Assembly: GCA_963693365.1 (NCBI GenBank)
Contig: CAVNZM010000001.1
Location: 18,276,783-18,340,782 of the forward strand
Source: Amoebidium appalachense
Taxonomy: Eukaryota; Protista; Ichthyosporea
DNA: 64,000 bases
Reading direction: 5' to 3'
Of this stretch, positions 42,026 through 55,515 are shown piece by piece. The notes beneath the pieces are model-generated. The model worked only from the letters and a program-made list of their open reading frames with translations, was not told where the DNA came from and did no database searches. The translations under genes and the position numbers were made by a program. Position 1 is the stretch's first letter; each line of letters starts with the position of its first letter.

Positions 42026-43871
42026 CATGAAGTTCGTGCGGCCTATTGGTATTCTTATGTTTTTCTAGAGTTTTTGACGCTTTAGTAAATTTCGTTTTTC
42101 CTGACAAAGTGCCCATGTCGCAAAACTAATAACTCGTGTTGTACTAGTCCTACGGCAACGGCTCAAACACGGCCATGTTGCCAGCGTTTGGCTCTATGCA
42201 ATGGTGTGCATGCCGCCCCTTGTGCGTAAATGTGGTGGAGTGTGGATGCAGCGGCGCACGGCCGTTTACGAAACACGTGTCGTGTTTTGTGCCTGGTCGC
42301 GATGGCCCTGTGCGTGTTAAAATTTAAGAGAATAGGAATGTGCAAAATACGCATCTTGATTGGTTGCATTTTATCTGATGAGCCCGGAGTGGCGATCTTA
42401 TTGGATAGTTAACTGCTATTTTTAAGGAATCATACTGCTTGTTCACCGATCACATATGGTTTTGATGTGATCGGGAGCCCGACATGGCGCGACTGGCTCC
42501 ACGATATTAGGCCACTGGGTTTTGTGGCTTTAATTTTTTAGGCAGCTCCTGCCAATGATACTGGTGCCTTTTTCCCTGTAAAGGTGGAATCAGCGGAAGA
42601 GCAAAGAGAGCCTTTGTGCTGTGCAGCCACAACACCTTCACTGATATTCCGGATCCGCACCCGGCCGGTAAGGCTACATTTATGGTGCATGGGTAACGGT
42701 GGGGAGATCTAGAGGTCGAAGCATATACCTTTTTTGCGCTGCAGTGCTGCAGCCATTAGGCTATAATATGTGCATTGTCCTGTGCACGTGGCGTTAGATA
42801 CAGGCACATCTACCTAGACATGTGGTGGGTGGTGGTGATCTATGTGACCCTGCCCCTATATAATAACCTTATTATATAGCCACACTGCAGGCGGTGTCTG
42901 TATCTGACCACAAATACCATATCGTCCCCCCCTCCCCCCCCCCCCTCCAACTTCTTCTCTCTCTTTCTCTCTCTCGTGCGCGCACTCTCTCTCTCTCTCT
43001 CTCCACTTTCGCTCTCTCTCTCTCTCCTCCACCCCCATCCTCTCTCAATCCACACAGTGGCACACAACACTGCCCAATCCCCCCGGTGCCCCTCCCCCCC
43101 CCCCCCCCCCCCCCCTCGGACTCTCGGAGTCCCCCCTCGGCCCTCTTTAATCTCTCTCTCCCTCTGTGCGTTTCTCTAGGCTCTCTGCCCTCCCCTCCCC
43201 TCCCCTCCCCCCCTCCCTCCGGGATGCTTACTCCCCCTTCCCCTCACTATCTTTCAATCTCCGAATCTCTCCCCTTCTTTCCTGCCCCTGCCTCTGAAAA
43301 CAACCCTCCCCCCCCCCCCCCTCCCCCCCCTCTCCCCTTCCAACCCCGCTCCTCCCCCTCCTCCCCCTTCGAACCCCACTTCTTCCCCCCCTCCCCCTTC
43401 CTTTTTAAGGTCCCCGCCATTGTTATCTAGGGGGCAAATGGCCCGATATGTACAAGAATTGCGGCTTCACCTATAACACATCAAGATCTTTGCTACCGAG
43501 GCTGGGTGGGAGATCAGATACTCCTTGAAGATCTATAACGGGGGGAGGGGGACAGGGGAGGGGATGGGGGGAGGGGAGGAGTGGAGGGCAGGGGGCCTGA
43601 GCGGGCTTGTCAAACTTCCCTAAGCACAAATAATAACTTTGTTCAAGTGCAGCAGACACTACATAAGTCTTCCTTTGATTTGAACCTGTTTATTTAAGGT
43701 CTTAATCAGTACCGTCGTCTAGTGATGGGTACCAGCCCCATGGGAACTATATACCTACTGAGACACAGACATGGCAGAACGATGTAGATCTTCCTCAACC
43801 TTTCTTTTTAGCTAGGAAATCTTCAAAGAGCAAACCAAAGCTTCAATTTGCTTCGCTACCAGATAAAAAGG

Positions 43872-43924
<53 letters not shown>

Positions 43925-43938
43925 CGTGTGTGTGCGTG

Positions 43939-44006
<68 letters not shown>

Positions 44007-44014
44007 TGTGTGCG

Positions 44015-44059
<45 letters not shown>

Positions 44060-44420
44060 CTGTGTTTTTTATGTGTGTGTTTGTGTCTGTGTGTGCACGT
44101 GTGCGCACGTGTGTTTTTTTTTTTGTGTGCGCGCGCACGTGTGTGTCCCATTGTGACAGGCTCTCATAGGCTAGCAATGAAGGAGTGTAACGTTTGCATA
44201 TGACCTGAGGCCTCCGGACATGTTCTCGGCTGTTTTCGAGGATCTGTCCAGATCTAGCAGCGTCTGTTGGATTTTGTGTTCGTGCTTTACCAGGTGTGTG
44301 TTTGTGTGTGTGTACAGTGTTTTTTTTTTGTGTGTGTGTGTGTGTGTTTGTGTACGTGTGTGTTTGTGTACGTGTGTGTGTGTGTGTGTTGAGTGTGTGT
44401 GTGTGTGTTTGTGTGTTTGT

Positions 44421-44483
<63 letters not shown>

Positions 44484-45042
44484 AGCGTGCGCGCTGTGCG
44501 CGTGTGCGCCGTGCGCAAACAAACAAACTTTTGGAAGCGAGAATTAATCAGCCAGTTAGGAAAAAAAAATCGAATTGTGAAATGAACGCCAATCAAACAA
44601 ACCTCTATTCACAAAGTCCCCAACTCCAATTTTTCTTTTTTTTTAAAAAACGTTAACAAAGCATTAGAGCTGTCTTGGAGACGAGTGAAGAAACATGAGG
44701 GTTTTATGTGCCTCCACGGATCAATGTATTCGAGATGTCACATACTGTGTTCATGTGTATTGTCATGCGCATGCATGGCCTGCCCACGCAAGGCAGCAGC
44801 TTTTAGGTGGCATAGCAAACAGTGTGTCACGCAGTGCACGGCCGTGGCTTGGGCACATACGTGTATTCCTCCCTCCCTCCCTCTCCCCCCCCCCTCCCCC
44901 CCCCCCCCCCCCCCCCCCTCTCCCAATAGGGGCACATTTTTTCAAAGTTTTGGGCTGGGTTGGAAAGTGAGCGTGCATGTGAGGAAGTCTCGGGGAACGG
45001 TGGGGGGAGGGGGGGGGAGGAGGGGGCGCTTGAGTATGTGAC

Positions 45043-45085
<43 letters not shown>

Positions 45086-45504
45086 ACGCTCGCGCCTGTC
45101 TGTGTGCGCTCCAAGACCAAAAACAAACCCATGTTACGGCAAAACGTAAATAAATATAAAAAGTTTTATTTAGAACCCAAATCAAGATTACAACATTCAA
45201 CGAAAGAAAAAAAATGTGAGAACACAAAAAACGAAAAACCAAAAAAAAAATTAAAAAAAAATAATAATAAGCCAAGGGCACACTCGATCTTGGGCACTTT
45301 CGGGAACGTTTTCGAGAGTACTGAATTTTGCATATTGGTGAAAAACAAATTCTACCATATGCTTTTATAGATTTTTTTTAAAACGGGAAATATGCTTTAC
45401 CATGTTACACTTTAGAATGCGCATTGGCTACACTCTGGCCAGTGCACATACACAAGCGGCATAGCAGCAGGGCCACCCGTGCACATGTACCTTCTCCCCC
45501 CCCC

Positions 45505-45549
<45 letters not shown>

Positions 45550-45587
45550 GCACGCGCGCGCACGTACCACCACTGTGGCACCACACA

Positions 45588-45742
<155 letters not shown>

Positions 45743-45856
45743 TATACACAGGACGTACACCAAAAACACACACGCATACACAAACTCGCTAGCCGTACGC
45801 GCACATCACATGCCCGCACACACACACATACACAAGCATGTGAGGGCCTAGCTATA

Positions 45857-45904
<48 letters not shown>

Positions 45905-46409
45905 TATATAAATATATATATATATATATCATGATGTGTATATATATATATATATATATATGATATATATGTATTATATATATCATGATATGTGTGTGTG
46001 TGTGTGTGTGTGTGTGTTTGTGTGTGTGTGAGTGTGTGTGTGTGCGTGTGTGTGCGTGCGTGCGTGTGTGTGTGTGTGTTAAATCATTTTTTTTTTAAAA
46101 CGGTCAAGACAACTTGATTAGTCTTGAATGTGCACAAGTTAGCACACTGAAACGCCCACCCGGATTTTCGTCTGTTCGTAGAGCATGGACAACAGCACTG
46201 CAGCACAGACCTGCTCTACATAGGAGAACTCTATGCGCTTGGACTAATATTAGCACTGTGCGAACGGGCGCTTGGGCACATACAGGAATCCAAGATGTGG
46301 ATACTTTCGCTTACATGCGACGTTTACATCGATATCATCCATCTTTCTCGGCTTATTTTTTCATGCATCTTGATGTCCCGGGCCCTACTTCGACATGCAT
46401 GCATTAGCC

Positions 46410-47525
46410 TGTAGGTTTCGATTTTAATACCTTTATAATTTGGGAGATAAAGAACCAGATATACTATCTTATAAGAAGAAAACAATAATAAGAAATGAGC
46501 ACACCACTGGGACTCTCCCACAGTGACCTAAATAAGTAGCAACGAACGGAGCGTGCGTGGCTGGTGCGGGCTGCGCCTCCACTGGCCCTCCAGTCCATGA
46601 CCGTGTGTGTATGACCAGATACGGCGAGCTGATTGGCTTTCCTGGTCCCACTTCTCCAAAATCTTTGCCCTGCAATCACCAATCATTTCGTTCGCCATCT
46701 TTACAGGAAACTGTGACGGATCTATTTCTGGCCCTATTTCTATTCGAAGTAGCAAAGATGATCTCCTTAAACTTTATTTCGAAGTCAGCCAAATTTTGTT
46801 TCTTGACAAAAATAATCGACCATCAATTATCCCCATATACCGTGATATATTGTGAACCAACGCTACTTCTGAATGTCCCCAGCCTACCCTTTTTCCACCT
46901 GATTCTTCCTCTCGCTATCTCACTCCCTCTTTCTTTTCTCTTCCTGTTTTTTCTGCCTTTTCGCGTTATTACCATACGCAGTATAAGTTTCTTTCTCGTT
47001 CTGATAGAGAAATCAAAGGTAAAACTCAGTCGGCATGTGTTATGTTCCTTAGGCAACACCGTACTGATCATTATCGCTTTTTGGGAGCTTTGGCAGGATA
47101 CATTTCTCCTGCTGTACGTATGGATACCACCCTAGTAGATAAGTCTGTATGGTGCTCTGATGTTGATATTGCCTGGGAAGTTGTGCAGTGGCGCTGTAAT
47201 TCTTGTTTTCATCGCCGCTGGTGCCACTTTTGTGCTGACCTTTTTAATCGCAAGCATGTTGATAGGTGTGAATTTTTATGTCGCGTTTTACCTCTTTCCC
47301 TCAGGGTATCTGCTACACTAGCTGGCAATGTGAACACTTTAGACTTTTTGTTGAATTCTGTTGGTCGTCACATTGAGTATTTATATGATTTTCACACAGT
47401 GTTCAGGTATCTCAGTATGCACTTGTTACTGGATAACTCGTGAAGTTTTTATTGTCTTCTCAGTATGCCGTGCATACTTGCATATCTTTCCGTCGAATAA
47501 ATCCAGTCAAAAGAAGAAAAAAAAA
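46410..47525 (+). pseudogene. 5'-truncated, decayed LINE related to the intact element
   Basis: Frame 47042-47443 (YISPAVR..LVD...QWRCN...C...FNRKHVDRC...NVNTLDFLLN) aligns by eye with the ORF2 C-terminus (YILPSCR..LAD...QWRSN...C...FNRSCIAKC...NYNILDFILN). A-rich tail near 47509-47525; upstream frames are broken. Confidence 0.8.
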
Positions 47526-47630
47526 CATTTATCAAATTAATGAGCGCCAAAAAGTAATTTTTAACAAAACAGTTGTCTAAAAGATACATTTGAGCTGCTT
47601 CTGGCCACTCTCTGTTCTTTTGAGATTCAA

Positions 47631-47728
47631 TATTTTGCTGAGCATATCAATAAAGTCATTATAAAAATAAAATAAAAAATCGATGGTTTCTATTTTGCTG
47701 AGCATATCAATAAAGTCATAATAAAAAA
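47631..47728. repeat. ~37-bp direct repeat with 60-bp period
   Basis: tattttgctgagcatatcaataaagtcat(t/a)ataaaaa at 47631 and 47691. Confidence 0.85.
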
Positions 47729-48256
47729 ACCCCGAGTCAAAAGAAAAAAAAAATAATAATTCTAAACTTTTGGGTTCTTTGACCATAAGTCTTGTAGTCT
47801 ATGGTGCTCAATCACGCTGTTCACCTCGGAATGAATTGCAGCCAATCATACTGAAGCACATGGAGCCAGTCAAGTATAAATTGACGCCACCCTAAGTTGC
47901 ACTGACCACAGAAGGACTCATGTGACATAGCGACAAGAGGTGCTAGAGTCGTTTTCGCAAACCATAACGCAACTAAAGAGAACTTAAATTCTATAGAAGC
48001 TTTTTGAACAACACAGAAATTCGATACATGTATATTCACTCAATCATATTTAATACAAATACAGACACTAGTAAATAATACTACAGCAGTTTGGACACCT
48101 CATAATATAGTGATTATTCTACCGAGTTTGTGTTTGCCATATCACTAGCTTGCACACCCGGCATATTTTCTCTTTGTGGGCAGAGAACGAAGAAGTAGTG
48201 AGGAACTTCAGAAAGGTGAAAAACTTGCGTTGATCGATCCATTACATTTCGGCAAA

Positions 48257-49102
48257 ATGGTTCAGGTTTTCGACTTCCAGCTGTGTGACCGGCCCACAAA
48301 ACGTGAAGTTGCTTTGAAAAAGCAATCCGGCGAGGCCTTTGGTGCGTCACTTTGTTCTATTTTGGGTGGTGTTTACGTCATGAACGTAAAGGGCCACACA
48401 AAGCACGGTATCCCTCCGGCGTACAGGGCAGGACTTCGCTTCGGAGATAGAATCACCGCGGTGAATGGCACCATTATTCACTCTGCAGATAACGTCATCG
48501 AAAAACTCGACGAAGCAGACGAAGTTGTCTTGGATATCAAAGAAACTCCCTTTTATTCGTCCATCTTTTTGAGCTTTAAGAGAGGATGCAGCAAGCAAGC
48601 ACACAACACCCCCCTGGGGTTTGATTACGATCATAAGTACGGTGTGTGTTCCGTAGATCCCGAATCAGCAGCGGCGTTGTCCGGCCTGCAGGAAGGAACA
48701 GTAATAGTTCAGATTGGGCGCAGCAGCACACTCGGGCTTCCAGCACGTGAGATTGTGCGACGGCTCGAAAAGGCCCGCAACGAGGAGGGCTCCTTTTTCA
48801 TTGTGACCTGTCCTATGCGCGAGGCACAATTCCTTTTCAACGCATGTGTGCAAACAATGGTGCTAAGCGGCCAGACTCGCTACTCGGTGGCCCAGTACAT
48901 CAACCAGACGTTGCGTCTTGATGACGACTTACCGTTGGAGGTTTTTGCTTCTCCGTTGCCTCTCCTTAGCCCTGCTCCTGCAAACAACCAGCGTGGGGAG
49001 TTGTCTCCCAGAAGCCTGCAAAATCTCTCCCCTATCCCTTCGACTGGAAGCATATCGTTGGGTGCACCGGAAATGTGGGCACTAAAGTTCCGTCCCATGT
49101 AA
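48257..49102 (+). CDS. Syntenin-like tandem PDZ protein, single coding exon
   Basis: PDZ1 REVALKK...GVYV...PAYRAGLRFGDRITAVNG and PDZ2 PFYSSI...SVDPESAAALSGL...IGRSSTLGL match the syntenin PDZ tandem pattern. First ATG at 48257; the frame is open from 48176, so an upstream exon is possible. Confidence 0.8.
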   Translation: MVQVFDFQLCDRPTKREVALKKQSGEAFGASLCSILGGVYVMNVKGHTKHGIPPAYRAGLRFGDRITAVNGTIIHSADNVIEKLDEADEVVLDIKETPFYSSIFLSFKRGCSKQAHNTPLGFDYDHKYGVCSVDPESAAALSGLQEGTVIVQIGRSSTLGLPAREIVRRLEKARNEEGSFFIVTCPMREAQFLFNACVQTMVLSGQTRYSVAQYINQTLRLDDDLPLEVFASPLPLLSPAPANNQRGELSPRSLQNLSPIPSTGSISLGAPEMWALKFRPM

Positions 49103-49479
49103 ATACGATGTAAGGCACGAATGTGCCGGGTTTAGTACTTGTACTTTGTACAAATTTTTTTCGATGCATAATAGATGGATGTTTTCTAGACTTTGCTTGT
49201 GCGTTTTTCTCCCTTGGCGACGACAATCAAATCAACAACATGATAGGCTTGTATATATGCTTATGAAATCATTCACAGTCGTGTGTATCTATGTATTATA
49301 AAGCGCTTGATGTTATTTTTTTTTTTTTAGAATTCTTTTACCCAAAAAATAAAGGATGAAATTGAGGAGCTACCTGCTGGCCAGGGTTTCCTCAGCAAAA
49401 AACTAAATAAAGCTTTGAAACGTTCCGAAATCGATGGTACGGTTTAATATCCAGACTTCATGGACTTCTAAATCATTCC

Positions 49480-49510
<31 letters not shown>

Positions 49511-49551
49511 AAAAAAAAATAAAAATAAAAAAGAAAAAATTTTTTTTTTTT

Positions 49552-49582
<31 letters not shown>

Positions 49583-49807
49583 GAAGAAAGAAAAGAAAAG
49601 AAAAGAAAAGAAAAAAAAAGGAAGAAAGAAAAAACAAGGAAAAGAGAAAACAAATTACTAGCCCACTATATTAACAACACTGGCAACACACACAAATCCT
49701 TGCATGGACGTCATATATGCATTGACGCACGGACGAACGAGCATGCACAGATACACACACTGGGCCACATACACACGGACACACACGCACATGCCCACGC
49801 GCACACG

Positions 49808-49875
<68 letters not shown>

Positions 49876-50816
49876 CACACACTCACGCACACGCATGCGC
49901 GCACACATGCGCGTGGCACGTGCACACACACACATTGTTGCTTCACGGGAGGTACCATGTAGGACTGGCATAGGGATGGGGACGAGGAGCGAGCTTGTTG
50001 TCTGCTTGAGTTTTTAGCTAACACGATTTTCTAGAGGCGTGTGTTTGGGGTTTCGTTGGGCACCATTCATCTATTAACTGTTGTTGGTCTTGTTCTTCAA
50101 GTGGTTGGGTTTGGTCTTCGTAAAGGAAGTAGTAATTATCCTCCGATTTTGTCGCAAACGAATGTCTGATCATTCGCACGTGTCACCCAATAACCATGTG
50201 CCCCCCTCACCCCCACACGCAGACACGGCACACCAGCGCAGTCACACACGAACTATACACACAGGATTACATACACGCTCAACACATACAGATAAACGAC
50301 GAGTTTGCATGAAAACAAACACAAATGAAGATGCCACACGTGCACAACCTCACACACGCACGCACGCACGCAGTGCCACGCACACACACAAAAAAAGTGA
50401 GAGAAAGAGAAAGAAAAGAAAAAGACACTGAAAAGTCTTAGATAAAGAAAAGCAGCTTAAACACATCCACATGTGCTCGCACGCACACAAGCACGTACAC
50501 ACACACGCACACACGTGCACACACAAAGAAAAGAGAGAGAAAGATGAAGAAAAGAAAAAGACACTGAAAAGTCAGATAATGGGGAACGGGGGGGAAGGGG
50601 GGGGTGTGAGAGAGGGGGGGGGAGGGGGGGGGGCTAGTGTACTGCTTAACGGCCACTTCACGGTGTCGTTCGAGCTCGGGGATCAATAGTTCCCCATTAT
50701 TTTGCGCCATTGAACCGGTGCGATTGCAATTGACGGTCTCGGTCGTATGAACCAAAGTGCTCGGAACGCATTAAAGTGCTCGGAACCCGCACCACACACT
50801 CTGCATATCCGGATCA

Positions 50817-50850
<34 letters not shown>

Positions 50851-50938
50851 TCCCCCCAACGTGATCCAATGGTGGCTCCCAATAGAGTCCCACAATGATG
50901 CCATGCGCACAGGTAAACTTATAGTGTGAAATGGTTAG

Positions 50939-50977
<39 letters not shown>

Positions 50978-51147
50978 CCTGGCCCCCCAAAAATAAAGAA
51001 AAAAAAAAGAAAAGAAAAGAAAAAGAAAAGACAAGAAAAAGCTTTGTGACATGCACACACACAAACGTACATGTACACAGACACACACACACACACACAC
51101 ACATACACACACACACACACAGACACACACACACACACACTGTGACA

Positions 51148-51182
<35 letters not shown>

Positions 51183-52291
51183 TGACAGACACACACACAC
51201 ACCAGCATGCGCACACACACAGTTACAGTACACACACACGCATAGACCCCCGATGCTCTCGAACACACTCGGTTCTTACTCAAAACGACTTCTTTGCACT
51301 CGTGATCAAACATGGATTTAGTGCTCCTGTCCACACCCCTAAGCAATAGAAGAAACTCTTAAAACCCCCATTCACAGCTATTTACTGTGCACTTGTATCT
51401 CGGCTATTAATTGATGCACATGCGCATGTCCGGAAACCAAACTTTGACGCCGCCTTTTCAACTGCCAATACGGGTGCTGAAACCCAAGGACTTGATTCCT
51501 CACTCTAATTTATTGCTTCCACACATGAACAGCATGCCCCTGTACCAGCCAGAGAGCCATGCACAAGCCGCAAATAAACATTTATACAGGGAAGGGGTAC
51601 ATATGTCTCTGCAACATAAAGAAATAAAGTAAGTAAACAAAGAATAATAAGCAAACAATTATCGTTGAAACTAAACAACAAGGGAATAATTCTGCCGAGG
51701 AACACGGCAACAGAGAGCTTTGAACATAGCAAGGGTTATGATTCAAAATAGGGCACATACATCATCAAACCATATGACCCATACTTGGTAAATGTCACCT
51801 GCAAGTCAGGCACCATACACAAATACACAAAAATCCTGAAACAGCTTGTATTCAAGACCTCCTAACACACACACACCAAAAAATAAAAAATAAAAAATAA
51901 AAGATAAAAAATAAAAAATAAAAAAGCTGCAACTCAGGGAAGCCCGGCACACGGTTGCGCTGTAGATGCCCCCCCCCCCCCCCCCCCCACAAAAAAAAAA
52001 AAAAAAAAAAAAAAAAAGAAAGAAAGAAAAAACGGAGATAAAAAACAAATAGGCTAACTAGAGACCCCACAGCACGCGCAACGGTGCACACAGTTCTCTG
52101 GCAATTATCCCACCAGTCTCCACACAAGCCACACCTCAAATTCGCTGTGTGGCACGAACGTGGGAAGCTGACGGGGGATAAGTTATCACATGGGCGTCTG
52201 GAGGGGGGGGGGGGGGGGGTTGAAGATAGAGGTGGAGCATCTAATAGTAAACTGTTGAAGGTGGTTGCAGTGGTGGTTGACAGTGTGAATT

Positions 52292-52767
52292 TTACGAAGT
52301 CCTCGATTTCTTTGCTGGGGGAGCAGCCGAATCCCCCTCCTCATCCTCATCCTCGTTATCTTCATCCTCGTTATTATCTTCCGCATCCTCCTCCTCCTCT
52401 GCTTCCTCGTCACCGGCTTCATCTTCTTGGTCGCCTTCCTCATCCTGGCACAAAAAAAAAAAAAAAGAAGAAGAAGAAGAAGAAGAAGAAGAAGAAGAAG
52501 AAGAAGAAGAAGAAGAAGAAGAAGAAGAAAAGAAAAGAGAGAAAAGAAAAGAAAGAAAGTGGTTTATACTTGGAAATAGATAACCTAGTTCAAAGTAGTC
52601 AAACCTTCCCAGAAATCTCATATGTCAGAATTAAAGGATGCCTGGGATATGCATACCCGACCAAACCATACGATACACTAGCCCTTTGCACATAAAGTTC
52701 ACTGCAAACCCCTTCCGAAGCGGAGAAGGGGGGAGGTGTGTATGTGTGTGTGTGTGTGTCTGTGTGT

Positions 52768-52812
<45 letters not shown>

Positions 52813-53012
52813 GGGCGAGGGGGATGAATTTCCCCAACATCCTTTTCCTCTGATGCAACTCATGCAAGTCCGTCTATCGGAAAGTGATCAAAGAATGATT
52901 TTTTAAGTTAACCGTCATACACATGTGTGCACGTGCTTGCGTGCGTGCGTGTGTCGGTCCATCTATCTCTTTCTCCCTCCCTCGCCCCATCCAATTCTCT
53001 GTGTATACATAT

Positions 53013-53057
<45 letters not shown>

Positions 53058-53080
53058 CTTATGTCTGTGTGTGTGTGTGA

Positions 53081-53142
<62 letters not shown>

Positions 53143-53294
53143 ACACCTCATCCTCGTCACCGTTTGCCTCCTCGTCCTCTCCCTCTCCCGACCCTGTGGT
53201 GTACGTTGGGCACACAAAACAGTTGCAGCAGCGACACGAATGCATCTGTGTGCCACACGGGCCACACATCAACAGGCACTACCAATTTACCCCC

Positions 53295-53346
<52 letters not shown>

Positions 53347-53438
53347 AAAAAAATAAATCCAACCAATCACGTATGTCACCCTCATCATTCTATCGAATAA
53401 GTACTCACCTATCCCCTCCTTCCCTCCTCCCCCCACCA

Positions 53439-53469
<31 letters not shown>

Positions 53470-53794
53470 CTCTCTCTCTCTCTTACGCAACACACCCAAC
53501 GCAAACCACCACTACAGCCCAAAGCCCAGTGCACAACACCCCATACCCTGCCCGAATACAAAACGAACCCCTCCCTCCCTCTCCCCCCCCAGCCAACCCC
53601 ATATGTCCACCCCCCTCCCCCAACCCTACATGCACACTTACCCACCCCCAGCCTCGCCCACACATCAACACCCACACCCACACCCGTCCACACCACTTGA
53701 ATCCCCCGCCTCCCCCCTCCCCCCCACCTTCACCATCCCCGCCTTCAAACCCACACCCCGTCCCTTACCCTCACCCCCACCCTTACATGCATCC

Positions 53795-53827
<33 letters not shown>

Positions 53828-54641
53828 ATGCACATACCCGAATACTCCTCGTCCTCCTCATAATCCTCCTCCTCCTCCTCGTCCTCGTCCAGACTCTCAT
53901 CCTCCTCCACATCTTCACCCTCTCTGTCTCACGTGCACACACACAGTGTTACTCTACACCGCAACTCGGTCTATATCCCTGCCCACATAAGTCCTGTCTG
54001 GCTTAACATCCATGGTAGCATTATATGACCCGAAACGTTATGATGTAAGCATGTTCAAGAGAGAAGAAAAGCCACCCCCCCCCCCCCCCCCCCGCACCCC
54101 CCCCGCGTAGAAAGGAAAACACACACCAGATATGTACCCCTTTCAAAAACAAATTAGGCATATACAAAGCAGATTGGAGGGAGGGGGTTGGGCCGCGGAA
54201 CGGCATGGCATGCCCACAGTGTAGGGGTGTCTTCATCTTTTTGTGTAGTTAATGTGTGGGGTGGTAGTGCATATGTGTATGCATGAGTCTGATTGGATCA
54301 ATTGTCTAGCAAAAGCAGGAGACGGCTGGGTGTGGGTGCATGGGGTGGTGATGAGGTGGTGGTGGTGGTGGTGGTGGTGGGGGGGGGGGGGGGGTAGAAC
54401 GAGGAACACGGCACGAAGTACAACTACAATTATGAGAAACACGGTGCCGTACACAGGCAAGAGCAAACATTCAAGCATACAACATCAGCAACGCGCACGG
54501 TATGCAAAATAAGCAGAGCCCATCCTCGGGGACGAAAATAGGAAAGAGCAAAGGATGGGGTTGGGCGGTGGCGGTCTGTGTGTATGTGTGAAAGCGTTTA
54601 AGAGAAAAAGGGCAGGATGTGTGTGGTTTTTTTTTTTTTTT

Positions 54642-54688
<47 letters not shown>

Positions 54689-54729
54689 AAAGAGAGATTG
54701 ATGGATATATAGGTAGATATATAGGTAGG

Positions 54730-54788
<59 letters not shown>

Positions 54789-55145
54789 GGCTGAGAGAGA
54801 GAGAGAGAGGGAGAGAGAGAGGAGGGGCACACACATACACACACAGAGAGAGAGAGGAGGGGCACACACACACACACACGCACGCACACACACGCACACA
54901 CGGAGAGAGGGAGGGGGGGGGGGGGGGGGGGGAGGGGCACACACCCACCCACCCACCTACACCCAACAACACACCCACCCACCCACCCACCCACACCGAC
55001 ACTCACCTGTTCTTGCCGTCGACGTACTTCAACTGTGGCAGTAGCACAAAGATATCATCCCTGTAGTCCTCCTCGGCTCCCAGGTCCTCATTGCGCTCAA
55101 CATCCAGACCCTGCAATTTCGGCAGGTCCTTCTACACGAGGTAGA

Positions 55146-55216
<71 letters not shown>

Positions 55217-55449
55217 GATGGTGGTGGTGGTGGTGGGGGGGAAGGGGGGGGGGGGGGGGGGGGGGTTCAGGGGATGTTTGTGTGTGTGTCTGTCTGTGTG
55301 TGAGCGTGTGTGTGTGTGTGTTGCAGGGACGAGGCTGGGGGCGGCTGTGTGTGTGTTGCAGGGACGAGGCAGGGCAGGGGGGGGGAGGGGGGGGGGAGAG
55401 GTGAAGAGCAGGGAGGTGATAATGGGATTGTGTGTACGTGTGTATATGC

Positions 55450-55515
<66 letters not shown>

